Positions 28,050 to 40,552 are shown, counted from the first letter of the stretch. The stretch: DNA of 64,000 nucleotides from Nageia nagi (GCA_050084985.1 JBITNC010000001.1:85064001-85128000), one strand, 5' to 3'. Notes: generated by a model from the sequence alone, not told the origin. Numbers and translations are program-made.

Positions 28050-28500
28050 GGTATTCACAAAATTTTGCATACATGTTTACTAAAGAAAAATACCAACATC
28101 CAATGAAAACATATTTTTAACTTTTGATAAATGGAAACCCATTTTCAACTATTCTTTGATATATGAAAATCCTTTTTTAACTATTCTTTGATAGATGAAT
28201 ACCAATTTTCAACTTTTGATAGATTAAAATCCATTTTGAACATGCTTTTAGGGTTAGTTCCCATGTGCTTCACTAGATCAAATAATTTAAGGGAATTCTC
28301 ACTATAGGCATAAATTGCATTTTTCTAATTCATTGCATTTCATGAAACTGTCTGTAGTCATGTATCATGTTGAATAATTTGTAGGCCTTATGTATTGTTA
28401 CAAATTTTCAATTCATGTTTATCATGCCATTCATAATGATAGTAATTGACTTTATACCACTATCAACTACTAATTTTTGAAGAAAAACATTTTCAACTAC
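28050..28500 (-). repeat. PPR-derived sequence with ~30-bp tandem units; continuation of the left inverted arm
   Basis: Units CCATTTTCAACTATTCTTTGATAGATGAAAAT, whose reverse complement matches 39272-39303 and the PPR phrase IHQxIVENG. Confidence 0.6.
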
Positions 28501-29335
28501 TGTTTACTTGAAAATCAACCCTACAGGCATGCAAAAGAAAAAGCTATCACAACCAACAAAAACTCTTTATTGCTATTTGAATAAACCTTAGTTTTAATTA
28601 TAGATTTCCTCACAATGGAAGGTTTCACTACAATGCATAATATAGGTCTCTTGGAGGCCTTTCTTTGCTAATGTCTTCAAGCTCTAGATGCCATTTGATT
28701 GAACCTACAATAAGAAGGAGTCTGATTAGTTCATCCTTACTATTCCTTAGCTTCTATTTGCCTTAATCAGTTGCTAGTCTTGGAATCCTACACATGCACA
28801 AACCAAAAACCCATCAAACATACCTATTCATGCTCTAAGATTATAATAAATAAACATGAAATAAACATCCATATAAGTAAAAATAGTAAGTTAAAATATA
28901 CTTAATGATCTAGTTCTAATTGAATAGAGTAAGGTTGCTTTTTTTCTCTCTCTTTTCTCCTAGTAAGAAGTCTTACTTATAGATTTTCTAAGGCAACATT
29001 AGTTGCTATTTTGGAATGCAAGGCTAGATGAAAAAATCTCATCCAGCCTTGTCATTGATTAAATCCATGTAAGGAAAGTATAGGATCAAGGATTACTCGT
29101 CCTTGATCCATTGGCTTTTTTCCTTGGGCACCTAATTTTTCTATTTTTTTTCTTTATGTTTTCTATTTACAGGATCATTGGCAATTACCCACTGAGTGCT
29201 AGCAATTAGATATGATCACTAGCAATTATAATGAATCTCTAATGATCAATAAACTTTAGCAAACTTTAATGTTTGCCTAAAATTTTATCCCCCTCTTTCA
29301 TTTATCAAAAGAGGGGTCATTTTTAGGTGTCTACA
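28501..29335 (-). mobile_element. Solo LTR (family A), TSD ACTAC
   Basis: Runs TGTTTACTTG...AGGTGTCTACA, flanked by ACTAC at 28496-28500 and 29336-29340. Homologous to 5755-6603. Confidence 0.9.
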
Positions 29336-30383
29336 ACTACCATCTAGGATGTGCATGAAACATACAAAATCAACCACATATCCATTGAGGATGTTCATTT
29401 GGAAGATAATATTTTGAATGGGAAAAATTCATAGATATATCTGAGGCATGTGAAGAAGTAAATCAAGTTACAAATGTAAAAGTATTAATGAGGTGAACAT
29501 CTTCTTTTCAATTCTTAGGCATCGTGTGTGTAACTCATACATTTCATACATGTTAACTACATGCAAGTATCATGATTATTGAGTGGCTTGGACTTCTCTT
29601 ACATTCATTCTTACAACACTTTGGGTGAATAGGTAATAACTTATTTCCTCTTCAAAGGCACATAGATTCTATTTTTTATAGTATTTTCTATGAAGATATG
29701 TTATATTATTAACAAATGATTTATTTTGTCCATACATAGGTGGAAGGAAACCATTTTTTGGTTCTATATAGTGTGTAGCTTATGGTTGTGGCCTACAAAT
29801 TGCAATGGTTGGTATTTGTACAATGCTTGTTGGTCATATAGATTTAAAATAAAATAAATATATTAATAATTGATCTTGTTTACTTTTCATATGATGATAA
29901 ATTGTTTACATATTATATCTTGTTGGACATTACCATGCTCATGAGATGGGTGGGAGGTTATTATACTATTGAATCATTAATGTTTATTGTAGGATTGAGG
30001 GGGAAAAGTTTTGGTAGTGCTCTAATTTGAATAAGCATAAGAGGAAGTAATATTTTTTACTTCATTTACTAGATATAAATGAATTACCAATGGAGAAATG
30101 AACCCATTAGTATATGATAGAAATAGATATTTGAAGGAAATAATGGACATACCGAAGGTGCTTAAGAAGTATGCTAATACTAATAAATTAGATTAAAAAA
30201 TGAAATGTGTAGCAAAGAGAAAGTGGTACATGCCCAAGATCTATCATTCATAGCAAAAGAACACATTGCATTAAAAATGAAAATATATTTAAATAAAGAG
30301 AACACACAAATTTAAGTAAAGAAACATAAGATGGACTTTTCCATAAAGATGCAACATCTTTTTGATGAAGATGCAATTTTGTT

Positions 30384-33300
30384 GGTACTACATTGTTTTG
30401 AATTATTGTTTGCTCAACTAGCCCCTCAAATATTTTTATAATATAGTTTTGAATTTATACAAACTAAACCCTTGGATATTTTCATAAAAAAGGGTAACAC
30501 AAGTAGGAGATGGAGTGGTAATTCCTAAGGGAAATGATGCAACCACACATGTATTGCATTGTTTTAAATTATTTTTCCTTAACTAATCCTACGAATATTT
30601 TTTTATAGTTTTGAATTTGTTTGAAGTACATCCTTAAATGTGTTCATAATAAGAGGAAAGAGGAGAAGGTAAAAATGCAATAGAGTAAAATACAAATACT
30701 AAAGAGGAGGATCCAACCAATGAGGTATTATAATACTTTGTATTATTGTTTTCTCAACTAACCCCTCTAATGTTTTCATAGTTTTAAAGTTTGAAGTTAT
30801 AAAGGCTAACCCATTGAATTTTTTTATAATATATGGTAACAATAAAAGGTAATGGAGGAAAAATTGCTAAGTGAAATGATGCACTATACATGAACTACAT
30901 TTCTTTAAATTCTTTTTTTTCTTAAACAATTCTTTGAATATTTTTATAGTTTTGAAGTTATATGAAGTACATCCTTCAATGTATTAATAATAGGAGGTAA
31001 GAGAAGATGGAGGTCAATGTGCAATGATGGTATATGCAAATGTTAAAAAGGATTCAATGCAACAATTGAGGTATTACTATGAAAGACTAAATCCACTCTA
31101 GATTTCCCTTGCTATATTTTGTTTTGGTTTAAGTGTGAAATGAGGTATTGACTATATATTCTTTGAATCAAATGCTTGATATGATGTTATTTTCTTAAGT
31201 TATAAAATCCTAGATAGGGATAATGATTACTTATCCTACCTATATGTACATGTTATTACTGCAAGTGGTTTTGTGATATGTAGATGATAGGTAATGGAAG
31301 CCTACATGATCTTAAATGGTTTGGAAATGAATGATTACCAATGATTCTCATGATCAAAAATAAATTTGAGACACTAGGACAGCTGGGTAAGTGGTTGCAT
31401 ACATACATACCAACATGAGACAAGGTAAACTCCCTAAAATTGTTAATGTCTATTTATGTTTGGTTAGTTGTGTTCTTTAATTTGAGTTGAAAATATTATT
31501 TTATGCCTTCAAGGATTTCGAAGGATGTTAGTATAATTATCTAAGGACCCCTACTAATTAATATTTAAATGTACGTAATTAAGTATTTTGTGAGAATATG
31601 TATGTATTATTTCTTAATTATTAATTAAGGTTAATTAATAATTAAGAATAGTAATACTAACATTAAATATTATTTATTTATTTTGCTTAAAATAAATAAA
31701 TTAAGCTAGATGAGTTTTGATTGGTTGATTGATAAAGGCTAGAGTTAACTAGAACTTTAAGATATTAATTATAATTATATAATAGTAATTTTACCTTATT
31801 TGCATTAGGTGTCTCAATTTTTAGTTGTTTTGTCCTACTTGCAAGATAGGTGTGCTAGTTTTAAGTTAAGGTGTACTAGTGGAACTAAATCTACTAGGGT
31901 TTTGGTTGATGATGAAGTGGGTAGATATTTCCACATAGGAATTAACTTTCACTCACTTTAGTTTAAGTGGTGTTGTCACTCCCCATTAATTTATAGGCCT
32001 ACCCTTATTTGAAAATTATAAATAGAGCCCTATGGTAGAGCCTTTGGTCATTCTTAGTTTTGGATTTTTTTGAAGTAACAAAGCTCTAAAATTATGGAGC
32101 CAAGACCTTCAACGATTATGAGATTTAGTGAGGTTTGCCTCTTATGTTTACTTGCTTCTCTATATTTTTATGGAAACTTACTATTTTAGGGATTTGATAA
32201 AATAATAATATTTGGTTTTATAGCTAAATTATCATTGGGTGAACATTTAGTTTATTTCCATGAATGCTCTTGCTAAAAGTCTAGTGGTTTTGAAATCTGT
32301 GTATAGTTTTGGTATGAGGTTTTATGTTTTTTGCAATAGGATTTTGACATTTAAACCCTTATTAGTACCCTTGGGTTGGGTGCATAAATATTTAGAAATA
32401 ATATTCATGTTAGGAAGTCCTTTTATACCTTCTCTTTTTGTAATTTTTCTCAATGGTTCAAACTTGCCAAGAAACCTGTGCGAGGAATATTCCCCTAAGT
32501 TAAAAGGTTTATCTTAGAATCTTGTAATATGTGCAAAGTTTTATGTTAAACATTTTTCCTTTTAGGAATATAGTTAAGGGAGGTATTTAGTTTGTTTAGA
32601 GGCTTAGAAAACCTTTTCTAGCCTAACATAGGGAAAATAGGCCATTATGGCCAATGTGGGAGAGAGAGTAGGACGGTGAGGGACCCACGTGGGTCTTGGG
32701 GCTCTCCCAAGCCCATGTGAGGCCTCTAGCCTCCTCTCTTATGCTTCCTCATTCAAAAATATGTAGAGGAGACATGGGGCTATGGGAGCCCACATCATCT
32801 CCTATGACCCCATTATTACCCATTTGATTATGTTGGTAGGTATTGGAACCCACGTAGCTTTTGTTCTATATTTTTTGGCCTCAATTTTCATGAAGGGCTT
32901 TTGTGCTGGACATGATAGTGTAGGTTTATTGCTAGGAAGCTATTAAATATTTTCTTGTTATTTTATTTTATTTTAATTTAATAATAGAAAAGAGGATTTA
33001 GTTTTAAAGTAAAATAAGGTTTATTTTAGTTTAGAAATAAATACAAAGTTTATGGTTGATTTTTGAAATGGTAAATGTGGTTTTATGAAAAAGGTATTTA
33101 ATACATATTTCTTGTATTTTAAAATATAGCTGCAATATTTTAAAATAGATGAGTTGTTGAAATGTTTCCTTAAAATGGCAAAGCATGTAGTTGCATTTAG
33201 TGGAAACCCAAGAATATTTCTAATCCAACCATTCTTGAGCTATGGTCCATCCCAAAGGAGCAAGCTTGTTCAAGTTGCAAGAAAGGAGTTTATTAAATTG

Positions 33301-35580
33301 TTTTCAATGGGATTTAAATATATTGTACTTGCTATTTGATTTGTGAAAATAAATAGCAAGGCTATTGTTGTAAAATGATTTGATAATAATTATTACTTTA
33401 TTATTTGGGGTGATTGTGCTATTATCATTATTGTATAAAGTTGTTATTTTGGGATTGTCAATATTAGTCTCTTAAAAGTTAAGTGTTATTCTTTTATTAA
33501 AGAGTAGTTTAGTAAATGAATTACCTTACTTGAATATGATATTACTTTGTACTTTATGATGCTTACTTATTTTGAAAATTTCATGTTATATGATGATGCT
33601 AGGACCTAATTTTCTTATCTTCGAGTAATGTTTTTTATTTAGGCATGGTTTATCCTTAGGTTTTGGTAGGTTTTTTGTTAATTTTTAAACCTAAGTGTAT
33701 ACCTAGCCCCAATTCCTGAGTAAATAATAACTATTCATTATGGGATGTTGATTTATCTTTAAGTGAGTTAGGCTAAGATAAATAAAGAAATCCTTGTGGT
33801 TGAATGTTCCTCACAATATTAAATGTCCTTGATATGATGATGGTGGGAAATATAAGGATTTATGTGGTACCATAAAAAATTCACTATGTTGAATAAAACA
33901 TACAAAGGTAAGACATGTGATGTTATTTGATGGGTAAGTTAAATAATGATAAATGATATAAAGTTAGTGAAGAGTCTAGAATCATGAATGGCACAACTTA
34001 GAACAATACTATTAATATTGTGAAAAATAATTCACAGCATTCTCAAGAAATTTCCAAACACATTCAAAACAAATTGCACTAAAACTAGTTTTTTTTTTAC
34101 TTAGAGGGGAAAAAAACTTTTGTAATCACCTCTCAAGTGTATGGGTTGGGTGTTATAGTGATGGTACTATGTGTTTTTATTGAAATAGTGTCATTACAAC
34201 TATAATGCTTTTAATTATGATTTTCTTAATCAATCCCTATAATATTTTCAAAATATAGTTTTAAAGTTGTACAAGCTAACCTCTTAAATATTTTCATAAT
34301 AAAGGATAATGATTTAAGAAGAAGGTGGAGTAGAAATCCTAAGGGAAATAATTCACCCACACAAGTACTACATTGCTTTAATTTTTTTTATTAACTAATC
34401 CTTTGAATATTTGTATACGTTATAATTTGTATGAAGTACATCCTTTAATCTATTAATAATAAGAGAATAAGGAGATAAATATACAACAATTTTAAATGCA
34501 AATGTTGAGGAGGAGGATGCAACCATTAAGGTACTACAATGCTTTGAATTGTTATTTTCTCAACTAAAACCTTTAATATTTTTAAAATATAGTTTTGAAG
34601 TTGTACAAACTAATCCCTTGAATGTTTTCATAGTAGGGCATAACACAAGATGAGGATGGAGTAGAAAATCTTGAGGAAAATAATGCACCTACATGGGTAT
34701 TGCATTACTTAAAAAAAAAATTCTTAACTAATATTTCAAATAATTTTATAGTTTTGAAGTTGTATGAATCACATCCTTTAATGTTTTAATTATAGGAGGA
34801 AAGAGAATAAGGAGGTCAACCTGCAACAATTTCAAATGCAAATGTTGAAAGGGAGGATCCAATCATTGAGGTACTACATTACTTTGAATTATTAGTTGCT
34901 CAACTAAACCCTATAATATTTTCATGATATAGTTTTGAAGTTGTACAAGCTAACCCCTTTAATGTTTTCATAGTAGGGGATAACAAAAGATAAAGGTGGA
35001 TTGGAAAATCTTGATGGAAATGATGCAACCACACATGTACTGCATTGTGTTAAATTATTTTTTTCTTCAGTAATCCTTCAAATATGTTTATAATTTTGAA
35101 GTTTCATGAAGTACATCCTTCAATTTGTTAATAATAAGAGGTAAGAGAAGAAGGAGGTTGACTTCCAAAAGCATTAAATGCAAATGTCGAAAAGGAGGAT
35201 GTAGCCATTGAGGTATTGCATTGCTTTGAATTATTATTTTCTCAATGAAATATGCTAACATTTTTAGAATATAGTTTTGAATTTGTACAATATAAGCTCT
35301 TGAATGTTTTCATAATCAAGGGTAATGCAAGTTGAAGGTGGAGTGGAAACTGTTGAGGGAAATGATACACCTACATGGGTATTACATTGCTCTAAATTAT
35401 TTTTTGATTAACTAGTCCTTTAAATATTTTTATAGTTTTGAAGTAGTATGAAGTACATACTTCAATGTGTTCATAATACAATGCAGGAGAAGGAGGTAAA
35501 TATGTAACAATTGTAAATACAAGAATTGAGGGGGAGGATGAAACCATTAAAATATTGTAATGCTTTGAATTATTATTTCC
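30384..35580 (+). repeat. ~340-bp tandem array (dimer of ~170-bp halves), ~6 units, split by an LTR insertion; units have exon/intron structure
   Basis: Unit starts (GTACTACA[A/T]TGCTTTGAATT-like) at about 30385, 30725, 31071/34199, 34531, 34871, 35213 and 35552. Confidence 0.9.
31078..34198. mobile_element. Probable ~3.1-kb solo LTR inserted in the tandem array
   Basis: Termini T(A)TGAAAGAC...GTGTCATTACA. Flanks ATTAC and ACTAT each differ by one C>T from the array consensus ACTAC, and the array resumes exactly in register. Confidence 0.75.
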
Positions 35581-35599
35581 AGAGAGGTAGTACATACTA

Positions 35600-37330
35600 T
35601 CGAACAATCTCATGGATATTGTGTATAGTTATACATTTTACATGCATGTTTATTAGGACAATACATGAAACTTTATTTGCAACATATATCTTATTAGATA
35701 ATTTTTACAACTTCTATAGTCCCCCATTTGTATATAGTGAATCACAGATTTACAATGATAATTTTAAAATAGATGACATTTTACATGCATGTCTATCTTA
35801 AAAAATATGTTTGCATCATGCATATCCTTGAACAATCTCATAGATATTATGTAAGGTGGTACATTTTGCATATATGTCTATCAAGGAAGTCTATGACACT
35901 ATATTTGCAACATATATCTTGTATGAACAATTCCCACATATATAATATCCCATATGGATATTATGAATTGTGTATTGATAATGATTATTTTTAAAATAGT
36001 CATATTTTCCATGCATGTCTATCATGAAAAATATGTTTGCATTGTGCATATTATCTAACAATCTCTTGGATATTATGTAATGTTGTACATTTTGCATACA
36101 TATCTATCAAAACATATATGTCTATCATTATGGTCCATGAAAAGACTACTCTTGGGTATTGCATAAAAAGTAGTTGTAAGGGATTCCAAACAATATTGTT
36201 GCATATTGTAAGGGATATCAAGTATCATAATACTATCAATATTAACATCTTTACTTATGCATTTGGTTATGTGTATTCTTGTACATTTGGCATGCATGTC
36301 TATCATAAAAATTATGTTTGCATCATGCATACCATAGAATAATTTCCTAGATATTGTGCAAAAGATATTTAAATTTGCATACATGCCTATCATTGTAGCC
36401 CATGAAACTATGTGTGCAACATATATCTTCTTAAATAATTCCCAAACCTTCTATATTATTTTACTATTTCAACTTTTTAATGCAATAAATGAAATATGTC
36501 ATTCTTTCTTGATCACCACTAATTTGATGCATATTTCATAGTAAAGTAACCTTAATTAGTCTTATTGGGTATTGCATAAAATATTATTGTAAGGAATACC
36601 AACTAATGTTGTTGCATATTATAAGGGATGCCAAGAATGATAATATTTTCAATATTGCAAATCTTACATTAAAATGATAATTTTTAAAATAAATAACATT
36701 TTGTATGTACATATATCATGAAAAACTATGTTTGAATCTTGCATATTGTTGAACAATTTCTTGGTTATTCTATAATATTATATATTTTTCATACATGTCT
36801 CTCAAAACATAAATGTCTACCATTGTAGTATATGAAACTATGTCTCCAATATATATATTTTTATACAATTCTTATATCTTCTATATTTTGCATACATGTC
36901 TATCATAGCATTCACAATGATAAAAGTTGATGCATTGCATTAATTATAATATTTTCATAAGGTATTTCAAAAACTTTACATTGTATTAAGTTTGCACATT
37001 GTACTTTGTATGCACATATTTTGTATAATATTACTCAAGGGCTTTTCAAAATCCTAAATTATTTTACTATTTCACCATTTTAATTAAATAAAGGAAATAC
37101 GTTATTTTTTCTTGATCACCTCCACCTTGATGCATGTTTCATAATGTTAAGCAAGATGAATTGGTCTTGTTAGAATATTACTATTAGGTATTGCATAATA
37201 CATTATTGTAAGTGATGCTAACCAATATTGTTGCATATCGTAAGTGATGATGACAAGAATGAAAATACTATCAATATTGACAAACTTATGAGAAGCAATT
37301 AATGTATTTACAATCTTATCTATTGACCTT
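35600..37330 (-). repeat. Degenerate repeats derived from PPR coding sequence
   Basis: Recurrent TTTGCATACATGTCTATCA (reverse complement encodes IDMYAK). ORFs 35891 and 36073 read RKLFYGMHDANIIFMIDMHAKC. Internal duplications at ~36150-36250, 36560-36660 and 37185-37280. Confidence 0.65.
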
Positions 37331-37539
37331 GCAATTTGACCACATACAAAAGTTATGTTGAAGTAAAGACTATTGTTGATTTTTTAGAGATCCATTACTA
37401 CTAGGGTTTCAACATTGATTGAGTGAAATAATGGAATGAGATAGAATTTTGGATTTTAATGTGGTATGTAATGATTCTTCTAGTATGCATTAATAGATCA
37501 TTTGATAGTGTTGTGCAAGAAAATAAGTCCACATAAAGA

Positions 37540-38094
37540 GGAAGTTTTTTTACTTAGAAAATTTAAAAAAAAAATAAATAAGTTATTTCTTAATAACTTT
37601 TTATTATTTAAAAAATTTGAGAAAAATAATATATGGGAACAACCTTAAAATAATTCTCAACAAAATTTAAAAACAAAAGTTTGAAATAATGATAACTTTA
37701 GATCCAATTATGAGCATTTTTCACAACCATAATTATGACTAGTAAAAAATATAATATTCATCAAAAAATTAAGAAAAAAATATCTAGGAAAAGATTCATT
37801 GTGTTAAGTATCTTTGACCAAAAGTATTTAAAAAAATACTTTAATTTAGAGCAAAATATGTGTGGACACGTGTGGTTTTTACTCATGCATATCAAAAATC
37901 AATTTTTATCATCTAGGTATTGGAATAGATTATATATTTAAAAACTAGACTCAAAGCACTAAATTTTTACCCTGATGACCTTCTCAAGGTTCTATGTCTA
38001 AGTGCTTCAAATTTTAAGATCAATATAACCAAACTTGAAAATGAGGAAAAGACTTCCACTTTTTGGCCATAAAGTGGACCCAACTTCTTGCATT
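37540..38094 (-). mobile_element. Partial second copy of the Harbinger-type MITE, inverted
   Basis: The reverse complement of 37881-38094 aligns with 11862-12070, including GAAGTTGGGTCCACTTTA. Left boundary uncertain. Confidence 0.8.
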
Positions 38095-38218
38095 GATGAA
38101 CAAGAATAATGTAGTAACAAACACTTATTCTATTAAAGTGTTTATAGCACTCCCTTTTTAATAGTGTTATCATGAAATTTGAATGCATGCACCATATCAT
38201 TAGGTAAGACTAGTTTAG

Positions 38219-39930
38219 CTAGTAGATATGTATGCAAAATGTGGACTAATACACAACACTTAGGGATCATTTGGAAGGATACATGATGCAAAATCATAGA
38301 CAATAATTCATGGACTACAATGATTCTAGGATATGCATAAAAAAGGTTTTTTGAAAAGGCTCTGGAGACTTTTTAAGTAAGTACAATTGTCAAATGTAAA
38401 GCCAAATTTTGTTAACTTTGTAAGGATTCTTCTTGAATGTGCCACCATGGGAGTTCTAGAAGAAGGTATGACCATCCATCAAAAACTAGTTGAAAATGGT
38501 TTTTTTTTTCAAATTTTATTGTTGTAAATGCCAAGATGCATAATGCAAACATTGTTTTGAGGACTTAAATGATTAAATTATTTGATAAAATATATCATCA
38601 AAATACAATCCAATGGAATGCAATGATCACAAGATATGCATAAAATTATTTTTCATAGTTTGTTATCAAAAACTTCATGACACTTAAAAATGAAAATTAA
38701 TTAAAATATTATTGATAATTATATGTTTGTAATCTGGATCTAACATGAATATTGCTTTTTCATAGTTGGTTCTCAAGTGCTTCATTAGATTTAAGAGTTT
38801 ACACTAGATGAATTTCTATTTGTAGATGTGTTGTATAGAGTGTTTGCATACATTAATGACACATCCTTCAATTCATAAACAAATACAAAAGTATGTGTTA
38901 TACTTGCATGTACAATATATGTATTATTCTAGTTGCACATAACATATATGTATTATTCTATAATGCAAGTTTATAATTATATATAAGAGGCATAATAATA
39001 CTTTGCCAATATGTATGATGCAAATATTATTTAATAAATTAAAATGATTAGATTATTTGATAAAATATCTCATTAAAATGCAATCCAATGAAATTCAATA
39101 ATATCAAGATATGCACAAAATAGAATTTTGGTTATAAAAATTCATCAAATAGTAGTTGAAAATGGTCTTTCATCATATGTTGTTGTTATGAATGCCCTGA
39201 TACATATGCATGCAAAATGTGGAATAATAAAAAAGACTAGATAACTATTTTAGAATGGGTTTTCATCAAATATTTTCATCTATCAAACAATAGTTGAAAA
39301 TGGGTGTTTATCAATTGTTGTTGTTGTGATTATCCTCGTAGACAAGTTTGCAAAATTTTGAACAATACGGGAACGTTGATAAGCCATAAATTGTTTGACA
39401 TGGGAGCTTTAGAAGAAGGTGTCCACATAAACCAAAAAGTAGTTGTTCTTGCCTTTCCCCTAGTATACATGTATGAAAAAATATTGTAACAATATTTGAC
39501 AAGATGTAAATAAACCGATTGTAAATCGTCCAAATATAAGAACATTGCTCTATTAAAGGACCAAAATATTTTTCAAGAGATGCATCATAAATAAGTTTCT
39601 TAAAAAATGTATTTGTTCCTTATAGAAAAAGGAAAAAGAAAAGTTTATTAATGTCCATAGGAGACCAAAAGCACTCTATGAGACAATTGTATGGGGAGTA
39701 CAATGTATGTCATTGCTTGTGGGAACTAACATATGACTCATGACACAACATGGTCTGCATGTAAGCAACTCAACCCACATCAATGGAGCTTCAAGGACTC
39801 CAATGGTCATAGGATATGTACAACATGGGTTTTCATAAAAATATTGTTGTTGTGAGTGCCCTAGCAGACATGTATGCAAAATATCTTTTTTATTTGACAA
39901 GATACATGGTGCAAATGCAAATTCATCGAT
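38219..39930 (+). pseudogene. Fragments of a PLS-class pentatricopeptide repeat (PPR) gene
   Basis: Reads LVDMYAKCG at 38219; WTTMILGYA*..FEKALETF..VKPNFVNFVRILLECATMGVLEEGMTIHQKLVENGF at 38310-38510; VVENGLSSYVVVMNALIHMHAKCG at 39150-39222; DMGALEEGVHINQKVV at 39397. Contains frameshifts, stops and rearrangements. Confidence 0.85.
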
Positions 39931-40328
39931 TGTAATTCATGCAAATACAAAAAAAACAAAACTTTTTAATGCTTATTTATAGAGCTCGAGTGGATTTTGA
40001 AGCAGGAAATATTGCTTCTTGCAGATTCTTTAGAACTTTGCTGGTTGAGGTTTCACAAATACATAAACCTAAATTTAAAAAAACAACTATGCTGCATATT
40101 CCGGAAACTAAAATGTAACATTAGTTTCACGAACATATGTAGATTTGAAACATTTGTGTGCATATTTACTAAATCAATATGTATTACTAGAACGAACTAA
40201 TTTCGTGAATATAGACGAATCGTCGCCTAAAAGTGAACGATGCCTACGAAAATTCTGGTAAATATCGTTTTCCACTGATATATGTTGTAAATATTTCAGC
40301 TGGGCCAAAATGATACAATATAACATCG
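39460..40328. mobile_element. Right arm of the long inverted repeat (Mutator-like terminus)
   Basis: Reverse-complement match to 20540-21715. Ends GGGCCAAAATGATACAATATAAC. No TSD found. Confidence 0.7.
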
Positions 40329-40329
40329 T

Positions 40330-40552
40330 AAGTCATGTATATTTCTAGATTGTGACAAAGAGAATATCGAAGTCCAAATCACGTCTTCTCCGTCACAGAC
40401 ATGATATCATACAACTCACGACGTACATCCTGATGTGTAGCTGATTCCATGGCACGCCGGCTTGTCCTAATTAAAAAGCACAGGGAAGGCCTAGGCGACC
40501 CGGATAAGACTTCTCTACGTTCCTCAAAGCTGGTAGAAGGTTTGTAGCAAAA
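40330..40552 (+). promoter_or_regulatory. Putative CXE proximal promoter/5' UTR
   Basis: CpG-retaining, with ACGT cores (TCACGTC ~40379, GACGTA ~40420), an AT-rich TAATTAAAAA ~85 bp before the ATG, and an AAAAATGG start context. Confidence 0.4.

Noticed and set aside
5755-29335. The two family-A LTRs as the ends of one 23.6-kb retrotransposon
   Set aside because: Each has its own distinct 5-bp TSD (TATGG, ACTAC), so they are independent solo LTRs.
38219-39930. Functional PPR gene
   Set aside because: Stops, frameshifts, scrambled motif order and no continuous ORF.
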